Source: Rhynchobatus australiae
Taxonomy: Eukaryota
Length of the DNA stretch: 64,000 nt
Direction: 5' to 3'
NCBI GenBank assembly: GCA_034780895.1
Contig: JAUZTB010000094.1
Span: forward strand, 2,965,297-3,029,296
This document shows, one piece after another, positions 62,801 through 64,000 of this stretch. Numbering within the stretch: the first letter of the stretch is position 1; the number at the start of each line of letters is the position of its first letter. The notes beneath the pieces are model-generated. The model was not told where the DNA came from and did not search any database. It was given only the letters and a program-made list of their open reading frames with translations. The translations under genes and the position numbers were made by a program.

Positions 62801-63639
62801 TTTTGGTCTCTAATAAGACATACTCTTTGCACTAGTTCTAAATTGTATTCAGGAGTCGTCATCCGATAACAGCATATCTAAGATGAAAATGCTGCTCTAC
62901 TTCCTACTGTCAGAAGTCTGTTACCAACAGTACTAATGGAGCACAAAAGCCGAATTCAGTTAAATAAAATATGCAAGTTATTGGTCCATTTCCTCAAGTT
63001 GGATACAAGAACATGACAACTATCTGATGAACTGTTTCAAGTATCATTCATCAACCTTCCAAGAGTAGCATACTTACTCATTGAATGGTTTTGCCAAAAT
63101 AACATTGACAAATTGGATCGTACAATTTTAAGTTATGTTGTGCATTTGAATTCTGAACTTTCAGTATTTTGGTAAATAATCCTAACCAGTTTCTGGTCCA
63201 ATTTGTGATGCTGAATTCACTCCAGGCAGGGGAGGGTCATTTTCTCACATGAGAAATACAGATAGGACAGAACTTTGTACCACTGTACTTTCCTGTGACT
63301 TGTTTTTAAAACAATGTAGCAATACAACCTAGTCAAAAGCACATAGAGTCCTCCTCTTCCCACCTCACTTCTGCCAAAAACTCAAGACATAGTGTAGCAA
63401 TGAACAACAAATGCAGGATAGCACAGTGTCTGAATTNNNNNNNNNNNNNNNNNNNNNAGCCAGCTAATCTCAACTACATCAACAACAGAAGAAGAAACCA
63501 AGCTTTGACTGTTAAGATGTTTTTCTTAAAGGGCAGAATTCCAGTCCAAACAGGATTAAAGAGTCCTTTGGACAGATGTATTCTCGGCACCTTCCAGCAG
63601 GACAAGGTCACTCAGAGATCCTGGAGTACACCAAGTCCA

Positions 63640-64000
63640 TCAGTAAACTAATAACATCTGCAATGGAGTAACCACATTCATCAGATGAATGATAGCCATA
63701 TTCCCAATGACAATCTGTATGGTGAACTGGCCATGGGGTCACAACCAGCTGGATGCCCACATCTCCACTACAAGGACAACTGTAAATGTGATATGAAGAA
63801 GGTGGGCACCAGCATGACCTCTGGAGTTTGACTATTCAGGAAGGTTTTGGAAGAAACAAGAAGCAGAAAGTTCAACTAACAAAGAGGTCAGAGAAAGCAA
63901 AGGTGAGCAAATTTTGCACCTTCTCAGACCACTGCCTTCATCTGCAGCAAGTGTGACAGAGATATTCAGGCCAAAGAGAAATTCTGAGCCCACCAAGCAA
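63640..64000 (+). mobile_element. RTE-clade LINE 3' fragment
   Basis: HIHQMNDSHIPNDNLYGELA...GCPHLHYKDNCKCDMK and FICSKCDRD. Confidence 0.75.

Overview
Vertebrate genomic DNA, AT-rich and CpG-depleted, from a short-read scaffold with many N gaps. The repeat content (V-SINEs of HE1 type, Deu-type SINEs, CR1, L2, Rex1/Babar, RTE and Penelope-like remnants) points to a cartilaginous fish, probably a ray; this is inference. The main feature is a minus-strand tandem cluster of three ZC3H10-like CCCH zinc-finger paralogs, each with one coding exon behind a homologous splice acceptor. Copy A (16770-17459) has 2 fingers, lacks the middle finger and ends in an MTP-repeat tail. Copy B (~32811-33300) is a pseudogene that keeps an intact 46-aa single-finger ORF. 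Copy C (56825-58471) has 6 fingers, with finger 1 quadruplicated as 159-bp units. Other features: a CpG-rich promoter with opposed YY1 motifs and a minus-strand first exon near 24.5-24.75 kb; an unresolved ~0.65-0.76 kb element present twice with identical 77-bp flanks, upstream of copies A and B; and hammerhead-ribozyme-like motifs in Penelope-type terminal repeats. Most other ORFs in the track are spurious or run through N gaps. Repeat boundaries are estimates made by eye.
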